The notes beneath the pieces were generated by a model. The model had not been told where the DNA came from. It searched no databases and saw nothing but the letters and a program-made list of their open reading frames with translations. From a bacterium (GTDB lineage: Bacteria; UBA8248; JACPRG01; G963555815): DNA of 64,000 nt. Shown here piece by piece: positions 1-8,549 of this stretch. Within the stretch, counting starts at the first letter, position 1. Each line of letters opens with the position of its first letter. The stretch spans positions 3,232,001 to 3,296,000 of the forward strand of contig OZ244653.1 in the NCBI GenBank assembly GCA_965218795.1, read 5' to 3'. Made by a program: the position numbers and the translations under genes.

Positions 1-76
1 TCCGTCCTCGCCGTTTTATCTTCTAGGGAAGGGTAAACCCCAATTCAGGCGGTTCTGAATTGAGAGGCGACCGACC

Positions 77-667
77 ATGCCAGACCCCGACTGTAGCGTT
101 TTCCGGAATTTTGTTGAACAGACCGGGAGCGGATTGAAGATCTCCCGGAATGACGGGGAGGCAACGGCCGTCGTCGAGCAAGGCCTGCCCGAGCTTCTGA
201 AAGACGGAGGCTGGCTCCGCTCCCAACACCGCGCGCCAAACCCCGAAACCTACGCCCGAAACCTCATCTACCGAGACCCGGACCTGGGCTTTGTTGTCGT
301 TGCCATGGTCTGGCTGCCCGGTCAGGGGACGCCGGTTCACGACCATTCCGGAATCTGGTGCGTGGAAGGGGTTTTGGAAGGGTCCGTCCGAATTACGCAA
401 TACGACCCAATCCGGGATCCTGAATCGACGAATGGATTTCAGTTGAAACTGTCCGGCCGGTTTGAATCAGCCATCGGCGAAACCGGCAGACTGATTCCGC
501 CTTTCGAGTATCACAAAATCGAGAACGTGGGCGGTGAGACCGCCATCACCGTCCATGTTTATGGAAAGGACCTTCTGGATTGTAAGATTTTCGAAGAACA
601 GCCGGACGGCTCCTTTCAAATGAAGACCCTCCAGATGCAGTACGCTCCTGTTTCCATCGACGAGTAG
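77..667 (+). CDS. Cysteine dioxygenase-like thiol dioxygenase (cupin)
   Basis: Motifs YARNL, TPVHDH, YHKIEN and ITVHVYG match the 3-His cysteine dioxygenase type I family. GAGG RBS upstream. Confidence 0.85.
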   Translation: MPDPDCSVFRNFVEQTGSGLKISRNDGEATAVVEQGLPELLKDGGWLRSQHRAPNPETYARNLIYRDPDLGFVVVAMVWLPGQGTPVHDHSGIWCVEGVLEGSVRITQYDPIRDPESTNGFQLKLSGRFESAIGETGRLIPPFEYHKIENVGGETAITVHVYGKDLLDCKIFEEQPDGSFQMKTLQMQYAPVSIDE

Positions 668-682
668 CCGGTCTCCATCCCG

Positions 683-1306
683 ATGAGTGTCCATGGAGAA
701 CGTTACAAGGATGTAACCGGCGTCATTCTTGCGGGTGGCAAGAGCCGGCGCATGGGAAGAGACAAAGCCCTTCTGAAGATTGGCGACATCCCGCTGATTG
801 AACGGGTCTCCGTTGTCCTCCGCCGGATCTTCGAGAATGTCTTTCTCGTCACCAACGACCCGACCCTCTACTTGGACCTCGGGTTTCCCGTATATACCGA
901 CACTTATCCCAATCGCGCCTCACTGGTGGGCATCTACACAGCACTGCTGAAGGCGGATACTCCTCATATCTTTTGCGCTTCTTGCGATATGCCTTTTCTG
1001 AATGAATCCCTCATCCGTTTTCTGGTCGAGCAACGGGCGAACGCCGACTGGGTTCTCCCTTTCTCCAACCACGGGCGGGAACCTCTTCACGCCGTGTATG
1101 GGAAAAACTGTCTGCCCCCGATGGGCCGAATGATTCTGGAGGAACGCATGGCGATCATGGAAATCTTCGCTCAGATCCGCACAAAGAAGGTCACACCCGA
1201 GGAAGTGGCCGTCATCGATCCTGACTTTCTTTCATTTCTGAATTGCAACACGCCCGAAGACTTCGAGATGGCTTCCAAAATAGCGAAAGAAAAAGAAGAA
1301 GATTAG
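683..1306 (+). CDS. mobA: Molybdenum cofactor guanylyltransferase
   Basis: Signature motifs ILAGGKSRRMGRDKALL, SCDMPFL, EPLHAVY and FLNCNTPED. Confidence 0.93.
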   Translation: MSVHGERYKDVTGVILAGGKSRRMGRDKALLKIGDIPLIERVSVVLRRIFENVFLVTNDPTLYLDLGFPVYTDTYPNRASLVGIYTALLKADTPHIFCASCDMPFLNESLIRFLVEQRANADWVLPFSNHGREPLHAVYGKNCLPPMGRMILEERMAIMEIFAQIRTKKVTPEEVAVIDPDFLSFLNCNTPEDFEMASKIAKEKEED

Positions 1307-1551
1307 TGAGCTTATTGAACCACAAACGATTAGCTTTCGGCGACCTGTTCAACTTCATCCCAATCATCGCCGTTATCTTGCTGGCAATGAGGATGTCAAA
1401 TGAGACGCGGATTCCACCTACTGGATATTCTCAATCGATTTTCATCTTGGGGACTTCCCGTTGATTCCGAGAAGACGAACACGGATTTTTGAGATATAGC
1501 ACCCCAAATTCGATATTTCGTTTTTTGTTCGTAATTTGGCTTGACACGAAC

Positions 1552-1580
1552 TTGACACAATGCGAACGATTTGGGACAAT
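1552..1580 (+). promoter_or_regulatory. Candidate sigma70 promoter upstream of ino1
   Basis: TTGACA (1552-1557), 17 nt spacer, GACAAT (1575-1580). A second TTGACA lies at 1541. Confidence 0.5.
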
Positions 1581-1926
1581 ACTTCACCTGTTCTCCCAAC
1601 GCCTGTAATACCCAAGAGTAAACCTGATGCCATCGGGGCATCCCGCAGGCGGTATATTCGCTGAAGTTTGATCGAATGATTCGGAGAATCGGCGCCTGTC
1701 ATTGAGACGAACGGGCGTGAGATGGTCTTGCCTGTTTCCGGCCGGGGAGCTGAAGAGCCCGTGAGGCGCCACGGCCAAGGATATGGAGGCGAGCCTGTCT
1801 GGGCCATGATTCATTTCAGGACTGGGCTGTGGTTAGAAAATCGAAGTGCTTTGGGTTCGGTGAATGGGGACCCGGAATCAAATATTCAAGATCATTGGTT
1901 CTTGAATTCATTTTGAGGAGGATGCA

Positions 1927-3096
1927 ATGAAACCCATTCGAATTGCGATAGCGGGTGTGGGAAATTGCGCTAGTTCCCTCCTTCAGGGAATTGAGCATTA
2001 CCGTCAGAGACCGGAGGAAGAGGTACTTGGACTCATGCATCACGATCTCGCGGGCTACCGTCCATCCGATATTCAGCCGGTCGCGGCCTTCGACGTGGAT
2101 GCCAGAAAGGTCGGGCAGCCTCTCCATTTGGCTGCCTTCGCTCCACCCAACTGCACACAAAACATTGTCGAGAGTCTTCCGGGCTATGGAATGACCGTGC
2201 AGATGGGTGAGCTTCACGACGGTGTAGCCGCCCATATGAAGGATTACCCGGACGACCGGAGCTTTGTCATCAGCGGACAGGAGCCGTGCGAGGTGGAACG
2301 GATCCTTCGGGAGAGCGGGGCCGAGATGCTCCTGTGCTATCTGCCGGTCGGATCTGAGGAAGCGGTCCGGTTCTACGCCCGATGCTGTCTCAACACGGGG
2401 GTCAGCATCATCAACTGCGTGCCCGTGTTCATTGTCTCCGACCCGGAATGGGAGGCGCAGTTCAAAAAGCGCGGCATCCCGGTCATTGGGGACGACATCA
2501 AATCCCAGGTGGGCGCGACCATCGTCCATCGGAATCTGGTCCGCCTCTTCCAGGACCGGGGCGTCGAGTTGAAGCGGACCTATCAGCTCAACACGGGCGG
2601 AAACACGGACTTTCTGAACATGAAGGAACACGACCGGCTGAAATCGAAGAAAATCTCGAAAACCGCCGCCGTCCAGTCACAGCTCGACCTTCCCCTGGAC
2701 CCGGAGGATATACACATCGGTCCCAGCGATTATGTACCTTGGCAGAATGACAACAAGGTATGTTTCATCCGGATGGAAGGCGAGGGATTCGCCGGCGTAC
2801 CGCTGAACCTGGAGCTTCGGCTGTCGGTCGAGGATTCGCCGAACAGCGCGGGAGTCGTGATTGAAGCGATTCGATTCTGCAAGCTGGCCCGAATGCGGGG
2901 CGATGCGGGGGCACTGTTGCCCATCTCCGCATATACCATGAAGCATCCCCCTCTTCAGATGCCTGACAACGAAGCCCGGGATAACCTGGAAGAGTACCTC
3001 CAGGCCGGCGTCCAGCGGGAAATCAAAACATCCATGCGGACCAACGGTGATCAGGGCCACGAGTCAAAGAAAAATGCCTGGACAACCGCCGGATAA
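1927..3096 (+). CDS. ino1: Myo-inositol-1-phosphate synthase
   Basis: Motifs GVGNCASSL, GDDIKSQVGAT, LNTGGNTDFLNM, SKKISKT and EDSPNSAG. RBS GAGGAGG. Confidence 0.95.
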   Translation: MKPIRIAIAGVGNCASSLLQGIEHYRQRPEEEVLGLMHHDLAGYRPSDIQPVAAFDVDARKVGQPLHLAAFAPPNCTQNIVESLPGYGMTVQMGELHDGVAAHMKDYPDDRSFVISGQEPCEVERILRESGAEMLLCYLPVGSEEAVRFYARCCLNTGVSIINCVPVFIVSDPEWEAQFKKRGIPVIGDDIKSQVGATIVHRNLVRLFQDRGVELKRTYQLNTGGNTDFLNMKEHDRLKSKKISKTAAVQSQLDLPLDPEDIHIGPSDYVPWQNDNKVCFIRMEGEGFAGVPLNLELRLSVEDSPNSAGVVIEAIRFCKLARMRGDAGALLPISAYTMKHPPLQMPDNEARDNLEEYLQAGVQREIKTSMRTNGDQGHESKKNAWTTAG

Positions 3097-3117
3097 CCGC
3101 ATCGGCCAATGGTTACG

Positions 3118-3149
3118 AGGGGTGAGACTTCGGTCTCACCCCTTTTTTT
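3118..3149 (+). terminator. Rho-independent terminator after ino1
   Basis: Perfect stem AGGGGTGAGAC-TTCG-GTCTCACCCCT with a cUUCGg loop, running into a T7 tract. Confidence 0.9.
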
Positions 3150-3300
3150 CTGCGTTATTGCAATCCGTCCCTCCAGAGAGGAGGCTTGCGGCGGGAGGGG
3201 TTCCGATTCATATTGATTGCAGGCCCGGAATTTTCGAATCCCGGCAATCGCGAGAACCAACACGCCTCCGTACACTTCCAGTCGGAGGGAGGAATCGACC

Positions 3301-3486
3301 ATGGCGCTCCATCTTTATGAAGTCACTTTTTCGTTCGCAGGCACCATGCAGATCCAGGCGGAAGACGAGAACGACGCCATCCACCAAGTCCAGCAAAAGG
3401 ACATCGAGATGCTCATGAGCCGACTTGATCCGGACAGATTCATGGTTCATTCGGCGGACGAGGTGGACATCGGCGGTCCGTCCTAG
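3301..3486 (+). CDS. Small acidic hypothetical protein (61 aa)
   Basis: GGAGG RBS before the ATG at 3301 (MALHLYEVTF...). No family recognised. Confidence 0.6.
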   Translation: MALHLYEVTFSFAGTMQIQAEDENDAIHQVQQKDIEMLMSRLDPDRFMVHSADEVDIGGPS

Positions 3487-3541
3487 ATGCGCGAGAGATT
3501 TTCTTCCTTCTACTCTCTGACCCTTCAGGCTCTATCACCAG

Positions 3542-3979
3542 ATGGCCTATCAGATAAATCCCGATTGGTGGACAATCGTTCGCGGAACCCGTTTCGAATG
3601 CACCCAGTGCGGCAAGTGTTGCGAGCGACCCGGCCATGTCTACATCCATTCCGACGAGATTGAGTCTGTAGCGGGATATCTCGGTCTCACGGCCCGCCGG
3701 TTCATGAAAAAATTCGTCGACAAGCTCAAGGGAAGCGGCGGCTATACGCTGCGCATGGACAAACGAGGCGACTGCCCCTTCTATTGCGCCGAAGATAAAA
3801 CCTGCGGAATCCACCCGGTTAAGTTCATCCAATGCCGGACGTACCCCTACTGGCCGGAACATGTGGAAACCCCCGCTGCCTGGTCTGAAGCCAAGGAAGG
3901 GTGTGAAGGTCTGGGGCGGGGAAGCCGAATTCGCAAAAGAGACGTCCGGGATTGCCTCGAGGAAAGCGCCCGGCTCTGA
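3542..3979 (+). CDS. YkgJ family cysteine-cluster (Fe-S/Zn) protein
   Basis: FECTQCGKCC...CPFY...CGIHPVKFIQCRTYPYW...CEG pattern. Confidence 0.88.
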   Translation: MAYQINPDWWTIVRGTRFECTQCGKCCERPGHVYIHSDEIESVAGYLGLTARRFMKKFVDKLKGSGGYTLRMDKRGDCPFYCAEDKTCGIHPVKFIQCRTYPYWPEHVETPAAWSEAKEGCEGLGRGSRIRKRDVRDCLEESARL

Positions 3980-4389
3980 TGAAGCATGAGGGGCTCCAAC
4001 AGCTTTTCGTGTATGGGTCGCTGCGGAAGGGAGAATCCGCCGATCTCACGGAGAAGCGGGTAGGGCCGACTCACTATATGGGACCCGCCACCCTCTCCGG
4101 TTACGCTCTCTTCGATCTGGGATCCTATCCAGGCATCTTCCCGCGCGATCCGAGTTCACGAGTCAAAGGCGAAACCCATTGGCTGGAGCAGCCGGGCCCG
4201 GCGTTTGCCTGGCTCGACGAATACGAGGACGTCCCGAATCTGTTTCAGCGCCTGGAGGTCGATGTATCGAAGAGCTCATCCACCGAAAGGGCGTGGACAT
4301 ATGTCCTGACGCAGGACCCGGATGGACAATACCCGATCGTCCCGAACGGCAGCTGGCCGGAGCACCGGCGAGACCGCGCCAACCGTTGA
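3979..4389 (+). CDS. Gamma-glutamylcyclotransferase (AIG2-like) family protein
   Basis: Motifs LFVYGSLRKG, LGSYPGI, VKGE and LDEYE. The ATG overlaps the upstream TGA. Confidence 0.88.
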   Translation: MKHEGLQQLFVYGSLRKGESADLTEKRVGPTHYMGPATLSGYALFDLGSYPGIFPRDPSSRVKGETHWLEQPGPAFAWLDEYEDVPNLFQRLEVDVSKSSSTERAWTYVLTQDPDGQYPIVPNGSWPEHRRDRANR

Positions 4390-4412
4390 TATTCAAACCA
4401 TCATCACGAAAA

Positions 4413-4898
4413 TCAGAGACCAGCCCCACCCGGCCCGGGTGGTGAATGAAATGACTGGAGTACGTCCAATGCGTGAGAATCGACTTCGACCTCGCGGAAG
4501 ACCTTCTCGGTCTGCCCGTCCGGGCCGATGACGAACGTCGTCCTGAGAATCCCATGAGCCTTCCGACCGTCCATCTCCTTCTCTCCATAGACGTCGTAAG
4601 CCCTGGAAACCTCGGCATTCACGTCAGACAGCAAGGTAAAGGGGAGGTTGTATTCGCGCGCGAATTCTTCATGACTCTCTGGTGAATCAAGGCTCACGCC
4701 GAGCAATTCTACGCCTTCCTGGGCATAGGCGCCGAAATGGTCCCGGAAGCCGCAGACCTCCCGGATGCACCCCGGAGTCATATCCTTGGGATAAAAGAAC
4801 AGAACGATCCGCTTTCCCGCGTAATCCGAAAGTCGGCGGACCCTTCCGAGACTGTCTTCAAGCGCGAAATCGGGCGCCGCTTCTCCAGGTTCGTTCAT
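4413..4898 (-). CDS. bcp: Peroxiredoxin Bcp/PrxQ
   Basis: Motifs FFYPKDMTPGCIREVCGFRD and RTTFVIGPDG. Confidence 0.92.
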   Translation of the reverse strand: MNEPGEAAPDFALEDSLGRVRRLSDYAGKRIVLFFYPKDMTPGCIREVCGFRDHFGAYAQEGVELLGVSLDSPESHEEFAREYNLPFTLLSDVNAEVSRAYDVYGEKEMDGRKAHGILRTTFVIGPDGQTEKVFREVEVDSHALDVLQSFHSPPGPGGAGL

Positions 4899-5060
4899 TC
4901 AGATCTCCTATCCCTGCTTCGCGGACGAAAACAGCCGCCCCACCCTCACCCCGGCCAATCCATACGCGCTTCTGCGATATAATCCCATACTCTATCCGTG
5001 TTCCATTCCCTCAGCTTCTGGGGGGTTCATTGTTTGCCCAATGGTAGGGAGGAATGTCTC

Positions 5061-5261
5061 ATGCCGGTAGCGCACATCAGTCTTCTCGAAGGTCGAAGCA
5101 AGGAAGCCAAGGCGAAGATTGCCGATGAAATCGCCGACAGTATTGCCAAGCACGGCGGCGCGCCAAAGGAGGCCGTAATCGTTGTCTTCCACGATGTCAC
5201 CGGCGACGACTGGGCGACTGGGGGCGTTCTGTTCAGCGACCGGAAAGCCGCAGCATCCTGA
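5061..5261 (+). CDS. 4-oxalocrotonate tautomerase family protein
   Basis: Begins M-P (catalytic Pro1) VAHISLLEGRS...WATGG. GGAGG RBS. Confidence 0.9.
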   Translation: MPVAHISLLEGRSKEAKAKIADEIADSIAKHGGAPKEAVIVVFHDVTGDDWATGGVLFSDRKAAAS

Positions 5262-5355
5262 CGGTCCCGTCACCGGCCGGTCCGCCGAGGTTTCCTTCGT
5301 GCCCGGCGGGCCGGCCCGCCGTTGCTCCTCATAAGAGATGCGTCCCTCCAAGCGC

Positions 5356-5619
5356 TCATTTCTGCTTGTTCGACCGAATCCGCTCCTTGACCTTCATGGC
5401 CCTCTCGCGGGCCTTGACCAGAAAGTTCCTGGCCCAGGCGAACTCCAACGCCAGAATAGCGAGCCCGGCAGGAATTACGATAATGGCGGGCCCCGGAAGG
5501 ACAAGAAGCGCCACTCCCACCAGGACAACCGTCGTCCCGATGACCAGGACGATCGTCCGCCACGCCTGACGCAGAGCGGACCGTACGATTCCCTTCAATA
5601 CCGTTGTAGTACGAGACAT
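5356..5619 (-). CDS. PGPGW-type small membrane protein
   Basis: VLPGPAIIVIPAGLAILALEFAWAR motif. Confidence 0.8.
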   Translation of the reverse strand: MSRTTTVLKGIVRSALRQAWRTIVLVIGTTVVLVGVALLVLPGPAIIVIPAGLAILALEFAWARNFLVKARERAMKVKERIRSNKQK

Positions 5620-5695
5620 GCCTGGAATTTACCAGAGGAACAGGGAGGACAAAAGGGAGAACGAAAATGAGTGAGCGCGGTTTCCCTGAGTGGTC

Positions 5696-6541
5696 TCAGC
5701 CGGAAAGCAGGTGTTTCACGTCCCTGCGGATTTTCTTCAAAAAATCCGGGGCATCACTGTGATAATAACCGCGGATGGCCGCCTTGCGGTCCACCAGGAC
5801 GAACCTGGAGCTGTGGGTGAACTTCGAGTCGCCTTCGATTTGATGATGCGCCCAGACGGCCGGGGGCCCGAAACGTCCGAAGAATTTCCTCATCCTGCGA
5901 AGGCCGAGCCGGATTTTACTCGTCCCCGTGCCGGCCGGCCTGCTTTTCGGGTCCATCGCACCCTCACCCCTACCCTCTCCCGAGGGGAGAGGGTGTGATG
6001 GGCCCCCTCCCGGCTGAAATTCGTCAGAGACGGCAATAGCGAGACGGAACCCTTTCTTCACGAGATCATGGGTTTCTTTTCGGTCACCCCTCAGAAAAAG
6101 CCACCGTATCGGGTCCGCCCGATAACGGTCGGCGTAAACCTTCAGAGCTTCCAGGCTGTCCCGCTCGGGGTCAATGGTGAAAGAGACGAGCCGGAATTTT
6201 TTTTCAGCGGCGAAATCTTTCTGCAGACGCGCCATCTCCGCGGTCTGTAGCGGGCAAAAATCCTTGCAGTGAGAGAAAAAGAAATCCGCCACCCAGACCT
6301 TTCCCCGCAACGCGGCCAGGGTGAAGGGCCTTCCGGATCGCTCCGTCATTGAAAAGTCGGGTAATACCGAATAGACCGGCAAAGCCTTGCCGCCGGCCCC
6401 CGTCAAAGCGGACAACAGCCAACCACCCAGCAAAGCCGCCAGGAGGAGGCCCAAGCCCCCCCATAGAGCGGTCCGGATCAACCGTCCCGTCTGGGCCAAG
6501 CCGTCCCTCCCGACGGGATTGGTCTTATTTCTTGCCGGCAT
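5696..6541 (-). CDS. SCO1/SenC copper chaperone with a ~60-aa internal insertion
   Basis: N-terminal TM helix, FFFSHCKDFCP (CxxxC), TIDPERD and THSSRFVLVD. Likely start is MPARNK at 6541. Confidence 0.85.
   Translation of the reverse strand: MPARNKTNPVGRDGLAQTGRLIRTALWGGLGLLLAALLGGWLLSALTGAGGKALPVYSVLPDFSMTERSGRPFTLAALRGKVWVADFFFSHCKDFCPLQTAEMARLQKDFAAEKKFRLVSFTIDPERDSLEALKVYADRYRADPIRWLFLRGDRKETHDLVKKGFRLAIAVSDEFQPGGGPSHPLPSGEGRGEGAMDPKSRPAGTGTSKIRLGLRRMRKFFGRFGPPAVWAHHQIEGDSKFTHSSRFVLVDRKAAIRGYYHSDAPDFLKKIRRDVKHLLSG
5961..5993 (+). repeat. REP/BoxC-like element inside the SCO gene
   Basis: CCCTCACCCCTACCCTCTCCCGAGGGGAGAGGG, a pyrimidine tail plus a CCCTCTCCC/GGGAGAGGG stem. Confidence 0.6.
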
Positions 6542-7470
6542 CTCGCGGCCCCTCCGGCTCCTTCGTCCACTGAGAGGAATAATCGGAGGAAAGTGAAGGA
6601 AGGCAATCAACGATTTCCTTGGGTTCCTTCTCCGTCAGCTTGATTTCCGGCAGGGACGCATCCAGCCGACCGATAAAGGGTTCGGCCTTATCGCCGGTGA
6701 CATCCTCGTAATGCTCGACAAACTCTGCCAGGGTCGCGATGGAGCCGTTATGCCCATAAAGGGGGCCGTCCATCTCAGTTCCCGCAGCCTCGGCGTTCGA
6801 AAAGCCCCGAGAGAAGCCTTGGCGATCTTCTAATCCTCCGGCCTGATCCACGGCAATCCGTCGGCGTACTTTCCGATGCCGCGAAAGGCGGCTTTCTTCA
6901 GCTTTGCCAGGCTCTCATACCGACCCTTGTCATTGAACAGCCCGGATGGAACTCCGACGTTGTGGAACTCGTCGTCCGAGAACAATGGCGTATTGTGGCA
7001 AATTTCGCATCCCTTGCTGAGAAAAAGCTGAAAGCCCCGCTGGGCGCTGACTCTGAAAGCGCGGTGCGGCCTCCCGCCACAAAGAGGTCGAACGGAGCGT
7101 TTCCCGCTCACGATTTTCATTTCATAGGCCGCAATGATTTTCAGGATGGACGAGAACACCCGGTTGACTGCAACCTTTTCCCGCGGCAACAGGTCATCAT
7201 AGCCGGGATCCCCCGGCTTTCCGGAATCCGAAAGCCTCGGCCAGAGCGCATCCCAGCCCTCCGGAACCTCAGTCAATTCGCGCAGATCCCGGCCGTAGTG
7301 ACGCATGACGGTCTTGATTACGTGCAGGCGGATCGACCCCATCTCCTCCGTGCTCTCGACGGGGGCCCCGACGCCTGATTCCAGAGAGAATCTCTCGCCC
7401 CATCCCACGTCAGCCACCGGTATTGGCCTGCGTTGAGGATCGTCATCGTGTTCCGGTGGACGGGCTTGAT
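6525..7470 (-). pseudogene. Cytochrome c peroxidase/MauG family pseudogene
   Basis: Fragments in different frames: RNTMTILNAGQYRWLTWDGARDSLWNQA; RGFQLFLSKGCEICHNTPLFSDDEFHNVG (CxxCH); GFRTPRLR..TAP/YGHNGSIATL. Several frameshifts, N-terminus missing. Confidence 0.8.
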
Positions 7471-7760
7471 GGTGTGGGCCACCTTCTTCCCGTACGAGCC
7501 GATGGCGATACCGAGCACGGCGAAATCATCCGCGCCGAAACGCTCTTGGAGACGTTGCAGGGTGGGCATCTCCGCCAGACATGCGGGGCACCGGGAAGCC
7601 CGGGATCACCACCTTGCCCCTGAAATCGCTGAACCAGACGTTTTCCCCGTTCAGAGAGGGCGCTGCTCTCGGACGATTTGGCCTGCGATTTATCCGTCTC
7701 CCCCTTTCCGGCCTGAAGCTCGGACGGAAGAAGACAGATCGCCCCCACGCGCAGCCCACT
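7471..7760 (-). pseudogene. TlpA/ResA thioredoxin-like pseudogene fragment
   Basis: SLNGENVWFSDFRGKVV, then a frameshift into RASRCPACLAEMPTLQRLQERFG (degenerate WAxWCxxC). Runs directly into peroxidase sequence. Confidence 0.7.
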
Positions 7761-7819
7761 GACGACCCGGCTTGTGCTCCGTTGCCATGGGATCAACCGA
7801 TTTCGGTTCACAAGAAACT

Positions 7820-8371
7820 TCACTTTGAATTTCCTCGGTCCATGACCTTCCGAATCATCTGAACGGTCTCTTTCCTGTCCCAATCCCGAGGACCGACGGC
7901 CTGGTGGACAATTCCTCCCTCCCGATCGAGAAGGAAGGTTGTCGGCATCCCGCGAACGCCGAAAGCCCGCATGACTTCCATGTCCTGGTCCAAAAGGATC
8001 GGGAAGGTGATATTCAACTTTTTCACGAAGGCCGCGGCCACCCGCTTCCCCTGGGAATCAATGCTGACCGCCAGGAGAACGAAATCCGGTCCTTTGAGCT
8101 TTCCATACAGCCTCTCCATGGACGGCATTTCGTGTACGCATGGGGAGCACCACGTCGCCCAGAAATTGAGAAGGACCACTTTGCCCCGGAAGGCCTTCAA
8201 GGTCTGTTTTGACCCGTCGAGCGTCGGAAGCTCGAATTCAGGGGCCGATCGGTTCCGCTTCGCCGCCCAGGCGACGGATCCGGCAAATTCCGGGCCCGCC
8301 AACTGAACCGTTGAAATGACGAAGACCACTGGAAAAATCAAGCCAGCGACAGAGTTCAGAAGTCGCATCAC
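7820..8371 (-). CDS. TlpA/ResA family thiol-disulfide oxidoreductase
   Basis: Signal peptide, LNFWATWCSPCVHEMP, GMPTTFLLDREG and GPRDW. Confidence 0.92.
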   Translation of the reverse strand: MMRLLNSVAGLIFPVVFVISTVQLAGPEFAGSVAWAAKRNRSAPEFELPTLDGSKQTLKAFRGKVVLLNFWATWCSPCVHEMPSMERLYGKLKGPDFVLLAVSIDSQGKRVAAAFVKKLNITFPILLDQDMEVMRAFGVRGMPTTFLLDREGGIVHQAVGPRDWDRKETVQMIRKVMDRGNSK

Positions 8372-8549
8372 CCGCCCCTGATTCTATTCACGGCTCAACC
8401 GGCTGGACTTCCCCGCCCGCTCTTTCTGTAAAGGATAACGGATTGAAGCGGGAAGAAATTCCGAGGCCGAATCTTTCGGCCCATTGGGCCAACCCATGGA
8501 ATCCGTTTCAATGCGCAAAGCAGAAGTGATCTTCAGTCCCCGTTTCGAA

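Noticed and set aside
1927-3096. Mycothiol biosynthesis inferred from ino1 plus DUF3090/SCO1664
   Set aside because: No mshA/B/C/D in the window, and Ino1 also serves lipid and compatible-solute synthesis.
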